Below, piece by piece: positions 13,169-26,232 of a stretch of 64,000 nucleotides of DNA. The stretch lies in assembly GCA_016748015.1 (NCBI GenBank), contig JAAOMT010000607.1, forward strand, positions 620,001 to 684,000, given 5' to 3'. Below the pieces are notes generated by a model. The model made no database searches, had not been told where the DNA came from, and saw only the letters and a list, made by a program, of their open reading frames with translations. This DNA comes from Geosiphon pyriformis uo1. Taxonomy: Eukaryota > Fungi > Glomeromycota. Numbering within the stretch: position 1 is the stretch's first letter; each line of letters starts with the position of its first letter. The position numbers were made by a program, and so were the translations under genes.

Positions 13169-14000
13169 TGTTACTTATAGAAAGAAAACAGATATAGGGA
13201 AATAGTAGATCAATAAGCGAATAGTATATAGCACATAAGCACATTGCTCAGCAATATGGAACAATGTCAGAAAATATGGCACATTGCTCAGCAATGTAAA
13301 GCAATGTTAGAAAATTAAGGCACATTGTTCAGCAATGTAAGCATTGCTCAAGAAATCATAGCACATTGCTCGGGAATGTGAGTGATCTTGTAGAACATCA
13401 ATTATGTATATATAGCAATAGCATTAGAAATAAAAAGAGCAGAATCAAAGAGTTAGAATCCTTCCACATCACAAATATCAATAAATAATTATTCACTATC
13501 TTAATTCACTCTTCACTATTAGCACTTTATGTTAATAGTAATTGATACTTAATCATACTGGAACAATAGCTCTTGATCACAGCTATTAACGGAATACTAA
13601 CTTGTATATTGCCTTGGCTTATTTTTTTATTTTCTTTTCTTTTCTTTTCTTTTATTTTCTTTTCTTTCTTTGATTTTATTGTTGTATACTAATTGATTAA
13701 GGATTAAAGCGCTGAGATACAAACATCATAGTAACTGGTAAAAGACCCATGAAACAAGAGTAGAACACTCATAAAATTGAGGATAGCTTACCAGGAGAAT
13801 TACCAGCCACTATGCTGAGAAAGAAATTTGACAAAACTGTGGTTTCGGAAAGCTACAGATAAAACCCTTAATTACATCTCTGTCCATTATACAAAAAACT
13901 CCACAACAAAATCTTCAGATAAACAACACCAAAATACCAACCAAGCACCAAGTTATGAATTTGTTATTTGACTTGAGACCCCAAATAATCATCTATAACA
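13169..14000 (+). repeat. 3' LTR (832 bp)
   Basis: Direct repeat of 3103-3893 with an extra internal repeat unit; ends ATAACA followed by GTGC. Confidence 0.96.
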
Positions 14001-14082
14001 GTGCCAGAAGCACCAACTCAATATTGTCATCACTCATATGTTTGAATAAAGGTTGCTTTGGTGGATTGCTCAGTACATATGT

Positions 14083-14914
14083 TGTTACAGAAGTGTTTTC
14101 TTGGTATATTTTAATTGTTGATTTCCTGTTTTAATTGCAATTAGTCTTTCATGAGTTCCTTTATTTTATGTGTTGGATATTAATGATAATGTACTAAAGG
14201 TTTTTTTTTAATGTTGTGATATAAGTCTTTTCTTTAATTCTAGTTGTCTTTGTATGTTGTATACTCTTTCCCAAAGGCTAACCTGAAATCTACTTGCTGT
14301 CTGAAGTCTTCTTTGAGACTATCTTTGCAATTGTCTAATGTGTTTCTCTAATCTAAAAACACAGAATGTTAATGGTCTTTTCGCAATTTCCCTAAGTATA
14401 TAATAAAGCTTTTTCAATTTAATTAATAACCACGTGAATAATTTTGATCAGGAATTATTCTTCTAAAGGTTTCAAAGATGGAATAATAGTTTTATTTGCT
14501 AGAGAGAATATGTGATTTTATTGTTAATCTTGTAATTATAATGTTCATTCAATTTATTATTATTATTTTTTATTAATTCTTTTTGAATAAAATTTTATTT
14601 AGATATTTGTTGCTTTGAGTTGAAGCTGTTTTTTTTTCATTATTAAAAACTATTATATATATATAATTATTGTTTTACAAAATAACATCTTGTAATACTC
14701 TATTTTTGTTATTTCTAAATAGTGCTTACTGCTATTGTGAAATAGTGCTTGCTGTTTTTGCATGATAGTGCTTGCTGCTATTGTAAAATAGTGCTGTAAA
14801 ATAGTACTTGCTGTTATTTGTAAATCATTTTTTTTTATAAATTGTTGCTGTACTATTTCATGATTGACTAATTTATATTATTTATAATTCCTATTAAATT
14901 CTTGAACTGTAACA
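14083..14914 (-). mobile_element. Solo LTR (832 bp, third family) in LINE ORF1
   Basis: Termini TGTTACAG...CTGTAACA; TSD ATGT/ATAT (one transition). Removal restores RTYVLSNPPKQ, matching TYVLGNSPKQ in the copy at ~38340. AAATAGTGCTTGCTG repeats lie at 14717-14815. Strand is inferred. Confidence 0.88.
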
Positions 14915-15419
14915 ATATCCGTATGTGAATCTTCCTTGGTGTTGCTTTATCTATATTATCATTTTTACCAAATTTTGCATAATTGGTTTTTTCGGCAACT
15001 GTGTTTTTCATATTTTCAACATTTAAGAGACTGCTTACACTGCTAGAAATACTGCCAACTTTGCTTTTCCAGGACACCACAGGCTTAACACTGGCACCAC
15101 CAATATCTACCAAGCTCAAAGGGCCAGCAGATGAATCAACCACATCACTGATTACAGGCATCTTTGGTTTCTTAAATGACAGACTGTGAAAGTACATACT
15201 ATCCACACAAACTTTTTTCTTGCCACTAGATCAGATCCTCAATCCAGCCAAACCAACACCAAAACCACCAACAGAAGTATCTACTGAATCTATAGCAATA
15301 AAAAGAAGAAAGTTAAAAGAAATAATTAAAAAAGAAAGGAAAAAAGACTAATTAAAACTTTGATAAAATTTTGCTCTTGTTGTGGTTAGGGGATTGACAA
15401 GAGAAAGATTTTTTTTTAA

Positions 15420-17750
15420 TTATAAAAACAATAAATAAAAATTTACAAAATTTTTAAAATATTTTCAAAATATATTTTAATTAATTTGAGTATTAAGTTA
15501 TGAAAATTACCAACACCTACTTAAAAAATCTATCTATAATATTTGATGCTTTTTGTAAGATATAATTTACAAAAAAAAAAACACCAATTAAATAACAATT
15601 AACAAAAGTGGCAGAATTAAAATATACAAAAACCAATTATTTAAAATTTGTAAAATTACTATATAAATATTTCCAAGAAGATTTAAGATTAAATTTTTAT
15701 TATTTTTTGGCTGAATTTGTATTTAATTTCTATGTTAATAAAAGAATTTAATATAGTATAAAAGAAACAGTTGATATAGAAACTGCAAAAACTGATTTTT
15801 ACAAAGCTATTAGAAAATATTTCAGTTATTATTAATTATATAACTTTGCAATTATATTTGCAAAAATCTATTTTGCAATCTATAAATATATTAAAAAAAA
15901 TTTTTATTTATTATAAAAAGCTTATAATTTAGTCTAACTACACAAATATCAGTTATAATACTTAAAAAAGTAGTTTTATTATTGTAAAAAAAGACTTAAG
16001 TATATTTACTATTAAAACTATTATATTATTATATATTTAACAATATAATCTAGATTCTATTAAAAACTGTATTTATGTTTACACCAAAACCACAACTTAT
16101 TTTTCAAAATTATTTTAAAAATAGTTATCTATTAGAAAAATATAAAATTTTTTTTAAAAAATCTTAATCAAGATTAGCCACTTTGAATTTATTAAGATTA
16201 CTACTATTAAAACCCAATTTTAATAATAATTATTACTAAAAAACAGAATTTAAAAAAAAAGCCAAAATCAGAAAACAAGAAAAAAAAACACAATTTTAAA
16301 TTCAATTATATTTTAAGCTCTAATAATTTAAACTCCAAAAATTAATCAAACTTCAAACAATCTAATAGTATCAGAAAACACACTACCATTATTATTTATT
16401 TATTTAATATTATTATTATTATTATTATACATACCTCTTTTTTTAGCAACATTAATGACCTATGTTCTAATTATTAAGATAAAAAAATTTATTGGTAAAG
16501 AAAACAATACCCAAACATGATTAAACAATATAAAAAAAATTATTATTACCAATAATTAAAATAATATTAAAGCTTTATAAATGATCTCATATTTTTTTTA
16601 TAGTATAGCCAACTTTTAGTATTAAAGTTTTGTCACAAAACCAGCTTTATTTAATAACTTTAAAATCATGTTTTTATAATATTTTAGTAATTATAATAGT
16701 ATTATTTAATTACAAAAACACTTTATATCATTAAACAAAAAAACAGTAAAGCAGTTACTATATATTTAGAACAATTTTATTAATATTTATAACAAATTCA
16801 GATAATTAATGCTAACTACTATACAATATCATAAATATTAAACCAATTTATTAAAAAATTATACAGTAATATCTTTTAGTAAGTATGTTTATTACACTTT
16901 ATAGATTTTTAAGCAATAATTATACTGGCCTAAGATTTTGAATAAGCTAAATTTAAAACAAGTCATGCTTAAGCTGTAATCTTAATAATTAACAAATTAT
17001 CTAAACTGAATATTAAGTTAAAACAATTCAATAACAATATTAATCAAAAATTAAAAAGATACTTAACTAATAATTAAATTATATATTAAACTCTACAATA
17101 TTATAATTATCAAGAAAACAATTATTGTTTTTAAAATACAATCTAACTATTATTATTATTAAATTTATGACAGCAAAAAATTAGAATATGTTATTACTAT
17201 TACAAACAAAATTATCTAAAAATTAATTATAGATTTTGATTAAGTAACTAGCAATTAGAAAATCAATATTAAAACTTTAATCAAAAAATCCAATTCCCAA
17301 ATTATGAATTTAAAATTTAACAAAAACAATACCTATTATTACAATACTATACATTAATACTCTTATAACAATTATAGTTGCAATTAATATATGTATTTTA
17401 TTCTTAGTTATAACCAATTATTAATTACCAATTATTTAATTAAGACTAGTATCATAATTACAACACCAGATTTTTTTTCAGCTCAATTTCAAAACCCAAA
17501 TCTTAAAACCATCTTATTAAATTAGAAATTAACAATAATACCACATTAACTAATCTCTAATGCTATTAACTTACAAGCTAAAAGTCAGATCTGAAATTCA
17601 AAAAACATTCAATTATCTTTTTTGAATTTTTAGAACTATTTAAAACTTTTTATTTTTATTGAAACTGTTATGTTTAACAATAGTATTTAAAACTATAATA
17701 TGATTTTACTTGTAGTTATTACTAAAAATAACATACTTACTGTTATTATT
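15420..17750 (+). mobile_element. Highly degraded relic of the same Gypsy family (LTR end, PBS, gag to pre-protease region)
   Basis: TATCTATAATATTTGATGCTTTTTGTAAGATATAAT matches the LTR/PBS junction at 3885-3917. GTGGCAGAAT matches the gag start, ATTGGTAAAGAAAACAATACCCAAACATGA matches gag, and GAACTATTTAA matches 7021. Confidence 0.85.
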
Positions 17751-18116
17751 AGAGATTTTTTTACTCTTTTTTAAATGTTGTTAATGTTATTTTTGCTGTA
17801 AATTCATGTTTTTTAAAAGCTGTTAAATCTTTAATAACTAAATTTATATTTAAATTATTTTTTATAATTTAAATTGCTAAACTTATAAGTAAAATAACCA
17901 ATTTCATATTAGTTATTTGTATAGTTACTTTACAGTAAAAATCAACTCTTTTCCAGAAGATATTTATCTAAAAGCTTATTAAAAGTGTATAATTACTTTG
18001 CTGTAAAAGTTAATGCTTTTATAAAAATTTTATTTGTAAATTGCTTTACTGTATATAGTGCAAATCATTTATAATTATCAAAAATATAGATCAGTTCGAA
18101 ATTTTAAATAATGATC

Positions 18117-20430
18117 TTTTTTTTTATTACATTTTAATGAGCAAGACCCAAATACAACCTAAAACTATAATACTACAAAAGGGATTACATTATAAATGTA
18201 AATCATGCATTTTCTACATGTAATCAGACACTTGGCCCAATCAAGAATTCACTACACTGAATCAAAAGTAGGTGAGAATAACTCCAACCCACAAATTCTC
18301 TCAATGATACCATTTAGATTCCTAGAGTCAAAAATAAACTTACTAAGAAACAATCTAGTAGACTCAATATTGCTTCTGGTTTCAGCACCAGACATTTGCC
18401 ACAAAGCAATAATACGCTTAATAGTGTCCTCACTTAAAAAGAAAGGCTTAACAGCCAGCATACCATCATAATTCATATTACTAAAGTCAACCTCAGATCT
18501 AAGACAAGCAATGTCCTTGGAAACTCCAATCATGAGATTAAAAAAATTGTTAGCAGCACTCTTCATAGAAATAATATCTTTTTCGACCTGAACAGCCTTA
18601 ACAGCATTATCATTAAGAAGACGAGACACCAAAGCAACCAAAGAACCAACAGGCTCAACAATAAACTTAACCAGAGCAGCCAAATCCGAAATCTGCTTTT
18701 CCAAAGAGTCCAACCTAGAACTAACAGCAGGATCAGCAGCAGAAGCAGCCAAAGAAGCCACTAAAGAAGGAAACTCAAAAAGACCAGAAGAAGCAGCAGT
18801 CTTGATATATAAAGCAGAACCCACAAAACAAGACTTGAAAACCTTAAGAACCTTGGGAGTGGGAGGTGGAGAAATCTTGCAATCTGTGGCCAGATGGCCT
18901 ATTTCTTGATACTTAAAGCAGCGCCAGCAGCCAGAAGTTTCCTAGATATGGCATTTCTTTAGAGTACTAGTCTTGACTACAGCAGAATCCCAATTGCCTT
19001 GAGAGTCAAATGTAACCAAGCAAACTGGGAACAATGACCAGAATTAGGAGAATGAGGGATAAAACATGTTCAACTACCAATCTGAGAAATCATATCACTG
19101 ATTTCAAAGGTGGTACAGTCAGGGGAAAGGTTGACCAATTTGGTCTTAAACTTATCACAAGACAAAATAGTCTCATTTTGATTTACCAGAGGAAGGATTC
19201 TAACACTATCCTTGTCCACCAAGACTGACCAATGCTTCAAGGCAGACACAGCAGAGTCCAACTTTTCAAAATAAACCACCACATACTGCCAAATGCCAGC
19301 AGGCTTCAGTATAACACAAGTGACACTACCAAACACACTGAGAGCCAACTTAATGTCAGCAACAGACACACCCAAAAGCATATCACACAGCATAACAGTA
19401 GCAGGAGAGGAACCAGATTCAGAAACCACCAAAGACTTGGCAATTTTGAGAGTGGCCAAACAAACAGAGCTTGTAAGCTCAACCAGAAACACAGCTTTCA
19501 AAGACTGTTGAGAAGCAAACTTCATACAGAAAAGCTTCACATTGTCTTTTGAAACAGATTTAGCACCCAAGAAACCATGCACAGACTGAAAAACAGTCTT
19601 AATATGAGCCAATTTGATCTTAAAAGTAGCACCAGATACCAGAGTAGAGGCCACCCACTCAGCAAATCTTTAACGATTAGTAATAGTTTTCCAAGCACCA
19701 CTAGAAGTAGTACCAGAAACTAGAGAAGAAGATGATTCAGTTTCCATTTGATTAGCCCAGTTTTCAAGAACAGGTAACCCAACAGGAGAAGATTGTTTTG
19801 TTTCTAAAACTGGCAAAAATCTGCCAGAAGACACCACATTTGGCAACACAACCAGTGGTTCATCTTGGCCTATTTTGGATGATGTGCCAGATGATGTTAC
19901 AGAGATCTCATCTAAGATCTCATTGGGAACCACAAAAGGTTTCAGTGTAACAATAGCAGAGACAAGTGACTATCCCCACTTTTCTGAACTTTTGGTTTTT
20001 TTGACCATTTTTTTTGAAGAGGTGGTGCCAAAAGCACCAGGTGTTAAATCTATAGAGGGGAAGACCAACTTATTTACTGGTCTATTATTAAAAACTTTTG
20101 GGCTCTTAGTCAGAGTGGAGGCAACACTGGGACTAACCCAAGTGTGTCTCTTTGAGGAAACTTTGACTGATGAAAAACCAGCCAAAGATGAGGAAGTTGA
20201 TTCAGTGGCTACCAAAGGCAGCTTTTCACGATTACTGGGTAAAAAAAAGGCTTCTAAAACGTTTTGCCTAGTTGCTTCTACAACAGAGAGAGCTCCTCTG
20301 ATTGAAATTTTATTAGATATCTCAGGACAGATATCTGGTACAGCTTTTTTATTCTTTGCTTTGGTCATGGTCATAAAATTAAGGAGACAAAGAGTTTTTA
20401 TTCCCAAATAATTGGATGATTTTCATGTAT
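18117..20430 (-). mobile_element. ORF1-only non-autonomous non-LTR retroelement (half-LINE) with LINE-type 3' tail and poly(A)
   Basis: A single ~700-codon ORF1-like frame is followed directly by the conserved 3' UTR and an A tract, with no ORF2 sequence. The 5' boundary is approximate. Confidence 0.85.
18252..20374 (-). pseudogene. Divergent LINE-ORF1-like protein (Ser-rich N-terminus, RRM-like domains, CCHC knuckle, coiled coil, unique C-terminus)
   Basis: DIKLALSVFGSV...AGIWQYVVVYF...WSVLVDKDSVR parallels LINE ORF1 (FG.I..I.MQL.GLWQK...WS...GKD.V.V). CFKYQEIGHLATDC is the knuckle and RLDSLEKQISDL the coiled coil. There are 4 stops and 1 frameshift near 19020. Confidence 0.85.
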
Positions 20431-20539
20431 TTTTATTTATATAATTAAATTTTATTGGTTAATATACATGTGTTTTTAATATATTATTTATAATAAAAAA
20501 TAAAATTTTATTAAATTTTATATAATATAAAACCAAATA

Positions 20540-22766
20540 CAGTATTACAAAGTTTGAATATTATTTAATTTGTTTAATTCTTCAAAAATATTATCTGAAA
20601 TTCTTCTATGAGATTTATACTTTTTATAGCATATTTTATTAATTTTTTACTAAGATATTTTCTATAAAGATTTATATAACACCAATATTTTCTTAAAAAT
20701 TATTTAATAGTTATTAAAGATACTGATTCAAAACTTTTAGACATTGTTTTTTGTAATTTTTTTTATGAATAATTGTATTTATTATGTGTATATCTTTTAG
20801 CAGCTTCCCAATATCTTTCAATAAAATTTAATTCACAATGAAATTTTGAAAAAAAATGCACTTATGTCTCATACTTTTGATTAATTCTTCAATTGCATTT
20901 TTTTAAGCAAAAAAATTGGATTCAAAAAATATTACTTAACATACACAACAAAAAACTTTTGAAAAATTGTTGATTTTTTCTTTGTATTTTTGGCATTCTA
21001 ATACTAATCTTTTTGATAGTCATTTTTCTCATTTTATTAATACTTGTTTAATTTTTTTAGGCAATCCTCAAAGTTTTTTATCTGAATATGTTTTCAGAAA
21101 AATTATCAATTATAATTGATTATCTAATCCAAAGAAAGTATTTTACATTAATAATTGCTTTTCATCTGAACTTAAATTCATCCTGTTTGCAATTAAAACA
21201 TCTTTATTAAATGCTGCATAATTAAAGTTATTATCAAAAACAAATACAGCTGTACAATTTGAATATAATTTCTTAAAAATTGGAATTGTTTTATATTTAA
21301 TTTGTTTAAAAAGATGGTCTGCTATTTAATAACTATTTTGATTTATACCAAATTGCAAATAGCATCATGGTTTTTCTGGTATATTAGAATAGTTTTCTAT
21401 ATTATTTTGTTGTAAATATAAATATTCATCAATTTTAATTAGAAATTTACTAATCATAAATAATCTTTCTTTTCTTTTTTTCTTAGTGGCAAATTTTTAT
21501 GCTCAACTCATATGTCACACTTGTTATTATTTGAATAAAAAATACATTTATTATGAACTACAAGAACTCTTTTTTTCTCTTTATTAAGTAAGTTAAGATG
21601 TATTTAATTCATAAATTCACCTTCATACTTTGACATATGCTTTTTATGCTCATATATTTTTTCTAAAAATTCTTTTCGAAATTGCAAAATGTCATTTCTT
21701 TTATGTCTATTATTATATAAGTCTTGATGATATTATTGGAATCAATAACCAAGAATTTTGAGCCATTTTACTGTAGTCATAAAATTAATAGTTTTTATTA
21801 TTATTATTCCAATATTAGAAAACAATTTATGTTTAATGAATTTTTTAAATATGGCCAGAGTGGCATTAAAGTTTTGGTTTCTAATCCAAATATAACATCT
21901 TTTTGCAATGTTTTTATCATCAATTATTCTAATTGTTTTTTGGTGTTTTCTATGTTTTAATATTAAAAACTTATTATTAAGCAACCAATACTTTGCAAGA
22001 TATCAAATTCTTTGTGTTTTCTATACACTATTATCAATAAAAATTTTCTGGACAATTTTCAAACTGGCATTAATTCTTTTATGTTTATTTTTATTATTTA
22101 ACAAGATAAGATATTCAAAAATAGTTCTTTTTTAATTATATTTAAAGACAGTTAACTAAGCATGTTGTTTTTCTAAATGTTCTTTTAACTTTTGCTCTTT
22201 TTTTATTCAACTAGCATATGAATTAATCTTATTTTTTGAATTGCTTGAAGATTTATTAAATTTGGGTCATTGTAAGTCTGTAGTTTGAGTATTATTAATA
22301 TTAAAAAAAGTGGTAATTTTTTTAGTTTTGGCTGCTACTTTAGTGAATAAACTATTTGATTTATATTTATTATAATAGGTTGACTTTAGTATTTTTTATC
22401 ATGTAAGGATTTTACTTCTTTTTTTTAGATAATTGTCATTTTTTTATATTAAACTAAGTTTTTTTAATTTTGTATTTATTCTAATTGTGGCTTCTATATC
22501 TTCTGTATTATTATATCTACTGTTATTATTATTATTCCACTCTTTATTACTAATATTTAGTCTGTTAAATTCATTTATTTCAATATTATGATTATTTATT
22601 GAAGTAATATAATGTGTTTTTTTATATAATATTTTTGTATTTCTAACTTGATCTTTAGCTTTTTTTTTCTTTAGAATAAAGTGGCATTTTTTTATGTGAT
22701 GTAATATTAATCTAATATGTAATTGGTGCTTAGACAGAATTAAAGAATTTTAACTGTGTAATATTG
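20540..22766 (-). mobile_element. IS630/Tc1/mariner-superfamily DNA transposon, decayed
   Basis: Imperfect ~20-bp TIRs, CAGTATTACAAAGTTTGAAT versus CAATATTACACAGTTAAAAT (reverse complement of the right end), with TA on both flanks. Confidence 0.85.
20561..22687 (-). pseudogene. DDE transposase (IS630/Tc1-like)
   Basis: Minus-strand remnants include FVFDNN, KFHCELNFIERYWEAAKRYT and KKYKSHRRI, plus an N-terminal HTH-like ORF at 21742-21984. Confidence 0.85.
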
Positions 22767-25563
22767 TACAACAAAATTGTATTACAATAGAAATGATGTT
22801 TTTAACTCAAATATATATCTATTCTTTAAATCTCTTTGGTTCCAATTTAAACTTTAATTTCTGTTTTGTAGTTTTAGATAAGAAGCAATCAAAAAAAGCT
22901 CCTTCAGTATTCATTAAAAAAAAATTTCTATTGAAATTGGAAAGATTATCTGAGCCGAAAATTTAAGTAATATCAATAAAAATAGTTACCACAAAAATTT
23001 CTTTAACTTATGACAAAGAATTTAAGCAAAAAAGTCTAAAATTGACAATTAAACAACCAACTTAAAAAAACCCCAATTTTCAAATTAAAGCCAATCTCTC
23101 AGAGCTAATAAAAAATTTATTGCAAATAATTGTTGATCAAAAAGATAGTAGATAAGAATATTTGAGATAGATTTCAATTTTAGTATTAAAGCCTAGTTGT
23201 GACCTCTTATTTTTATATTCAATAGTCGACAATATGCTGAATTATTTATGAATTTACCATTTAAAAAAAATATCCAGAATATTATAATGTGATCAAAGAG
23301 CCAAGATTCTTAAACATAATTGAGATTGGTATTATGCACTTCTTTTTCATTAATTGTTTAATACTTAACATATGTTTTCTATATTACATTAGTAGAAAAT
23401 TCGAAAAAAAAATTATTTATTTATGAATTTAATCAGAACTTGCAATTGATTTTGAAAATGTCATGTATTTTAATAATAATTTACATATTTTCAAAGATGC
23501 CAAATTTTTATAAGTGAGAAGTTTATTAGGCTTTTACAAAAAAATCTGGGTTTTATCTATTTGAACTAATATGTTTCATATATTTTTTGTATCAAAATAA
23601 ATTCATTAGAAAATGTACAACACTAACAAAAAAGAGTTATTCAAAATTATGGGCTTTAAGACAACTTTAGTTTTCCTAATCAAGATAAAACCAAAAATTT
23701 TTCAATTCCAACCTAATTTTCTTAAATTAACACCAACTAATATAAGTTTCTTGATTACTATGATAAGCTATTATATATCATATTCTAATAAGTTGTTAAA
23801 ATATTTAACAATCAAAATTTTTTTTACAGCCTAAGAAACCAATTTTAAAACTAGATCATAATTTAGTCAAATACACAATAGGTATTTTAGTCATTATATT
23901 TCTTTTTAATATAATTCATTATTCAAATATTAAATTTAACCAAAAACCTTTATTATAAGAGATTTCATATATCTCTTAAATCTAAGCAATTCTTTGAAAC
24001 ACAATATTATAATCATTGAAAAATTATTTGTGAATTCAAAGTAAGTATTCACATTATAATAAAAATAATACTGATTAAAATTTTTAAAGTTGTTTACTGT
24101 TTCTTATTTCTTATAGATTGCAAAAACAGTTTGCAGGTTTTTTTTTTCAGATCTGATCAAGTTAATTTTTAATCATGAATATTACTCTTATGCTTTACAT
24201 TTTTAAGCTTTTAATTATTTTTCTTATTAGAGAAAACACAATTTATTCTTAAAATTTTATGAAAAAAAAGTGTTCAAAACATTGGTTATTAAAGAATATA
24301 TGTTGCAAGATATTGTAAAAAAATATTATGTTATGCACATAAAAATTATGTTTGAGATATAATATTTGTTTTAAAATTGTTATAATTACTATAAGTTTAA
24401 TTTCACAGAATCTATTTATAGAATATCCTAAAGAATTTAATAAAAATAATGTTTATGTATATAAATTTTTATATATAGTAGCATTGAAATTTTTTTCTAC
24501 TATTAATGATTGGAAAAATACTTTTCTCTATGCCTAAAGTTATATTAGTACACATAATACACTATTTAACACCATAAATTATAGAAAGTTTTTTAGCAAA
24601 ATCTGTCTTGGTTTCTTTTACACAACATATTTTTAATTAAAAACCAATTAACAATATGTCAAAAACTTGAAATAAACAAATTTATTCTTCATTCATATTT
24701 CTATTATTATATATTATTATATAACAACAAAAGTTGACAAATGTCTTTGGAAATCAGCATATACAAAATAGAACATTTGGAAAAATAAAGTTAAAAATCA
24801 AAGTTTCAGATGATACAAATATTAGCCAGCCATATATTTTGTTTAATTTAATGATTAAGTTATGTAATTAATTGTCTTCAATTATAATATTACCCCATCC
24901 AGTTCTTTCAACTTATTTTAAGGACTTTGTTCCATGATCTTTTACAATGTCTCTTAATACTAAACATTTTGTTTACAATATTACTCTTGGGTTAACAGCC
25001 AATTACATCACAATTATTCCAATTTTTGTTTTAAATTTGCTGCTTCTAGCACCAAAGCCAGTTGTTTTTAATGTTTATTAAGAGGGATACAAGATTATAA
25101 ATAAAGTACAAATAACATTTCCAAATTCTTCAACAATCACTTATAGTACTTTTATAATTTCTTTGGCACTTAGTGTGAACAATATTAATATCTGGATTTT
25201 TGTCCTAATAATGACAACTAAATATAATAGTAGTGTAAATAGAATATTTATGGTTAATGATACTATGTTACTAGCAGAAAACATACAGACTAAAAAATAT
25301 TATATCTTTATAAAAGTGATCATTTAAATATTAGATTAATATTAATTGAAAGTCTTTTTAAAAATAATAATACTTTAATGATTTATCATGTGGTAATATA
25401 ATTTTAATGATTGTTGATTGGTTAAAATCTAATTGATTGGCATTTAAAAATTAAAGATTAATAATAAAAGTGGCTAATTTTAAATTTTAATAACTTTATA
25501 AAATATAATATAATTTAAAAAATTAAACTGTAAATATAAAAAAAAGAACTTAATCTATTATAT

Positions 25564-26232
25564 TGTTATGGTTGAAACTTATACTTCTTATTAATTATCA
25601 TATGTATTAGCCACTGATGTCATATAAATTACCCACTCTATTTTTAGAAAGTGATCATTGACCTGATCAATGACCTGACCATTGACTTAATCATTAACTA
25701 TTTTTAATAGTTATATAAGCAATGAATCTTTTAACTGTAGAAAAGCATGTAGGAATCAAAGAAATAAATAAAATAAAATAACAACTTCATTTCAATTCTT
25801 CTCTTATCACTAAATTCTCTTTTCCTACCTTCAAGTATCTAAACATCTTAAAGATAAAAGATTACTTGTTGGCATTTATCTACCTTTTTTCTAAAACATA
25901 TAATTGCAGTATTTGAAAATTATTAAATAAAATGTGACTGAAGAGTACATCTAATAATCTAATATTGAATTCTAAGAGTGCTGATGTAAGACATAGAATT
26001 ATACCAGTGTGTAATCATTTGTTGACAGTACAGACTATTCCTCTATCTTCAGATTCTCCGGTTATTTTTTGAAAAGTATAGTGACTAAGATATTTTATGA
26101 AACTGATCTTACACATTGAATCCATACTTATTCAATTTACTTCTTGAAGTTGAAATCTCTTTGATTATTTCCATCACCCTACAATTTTGTTCTTTCTTGT
26201 TATCTATTAGTTTGTTACTTCAACCTGTAACA
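25564..26232 (+). mobile_element. Solo LTR (669 bp, fourth family)
   Basis: Termini TGTTATGGTTGAA...TTCAACCTGTAACA; TSD ATAT on both sides; 12-bp GATCATTGACCT tandem units. Strand is inferred. Confidence 0.8.

Larger units (their letters stand above)
3103..14000 (+). mobile_element. Full-length Ty3/Gypsy LTR retrotransposon (non-chromoviral, dUTPase-bearing), inactivated
   Basis: Paired LTRs TGTTAC...TAACA, 4-bp TSD GTGC (3099-3102 and 14001-14004), PBS, PPT, and domain order gag-PR-dUTPase-RT-RH-IN. Confidence 0.97.
1613..15293 (-). pseudogene. LINE ORF1 (RRM-like domains, CCHC knuckle, coiled coil), split into 15293-14915, 14082-14001 and 3102-1613
   Basis: KKPK...VVDSSAG, LYTLPV...GGKTCFI, CCTKCKYFGHISNMY and SKVLTTKVG match ORF1 of the copy at 37968. 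The start ATG has mutated to ATA at 15293. Confidence 0.88.
1..15409 (-). mobile_element. LINE (non-LTR retrotransposon) copy 0, interrupted by a Gypsy element (3103-14000) and a solo LTR (14083-14914); 3' part runs off the window start
   Basis: The minus-strand 5' end TCTTTCTCTTGTC at ~15409 matches the 5' ends of the + strand LINEs. ORF1 fragments are homologous to 37968-39911, and ORF2 APE begins at 1613. The ORF1 frame is restored when both inserts plus one TSD copy each are removed. Confidence 0.93.

Noticed and set aside
19875-20411. Antisense ORFs over LINE and half-LINE sequence (here and many similar ones in the ORF track)
   Set aside because: They are shadow ORFs on the opposite strand of TE coding sequence with no recognisable motifs.
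22770-25560. Possible degraded gene or TE remnants and short AT-rich ORFs
   Set aside because: I could not recognise any motif, terminus or homology, so the region is left unannotated.
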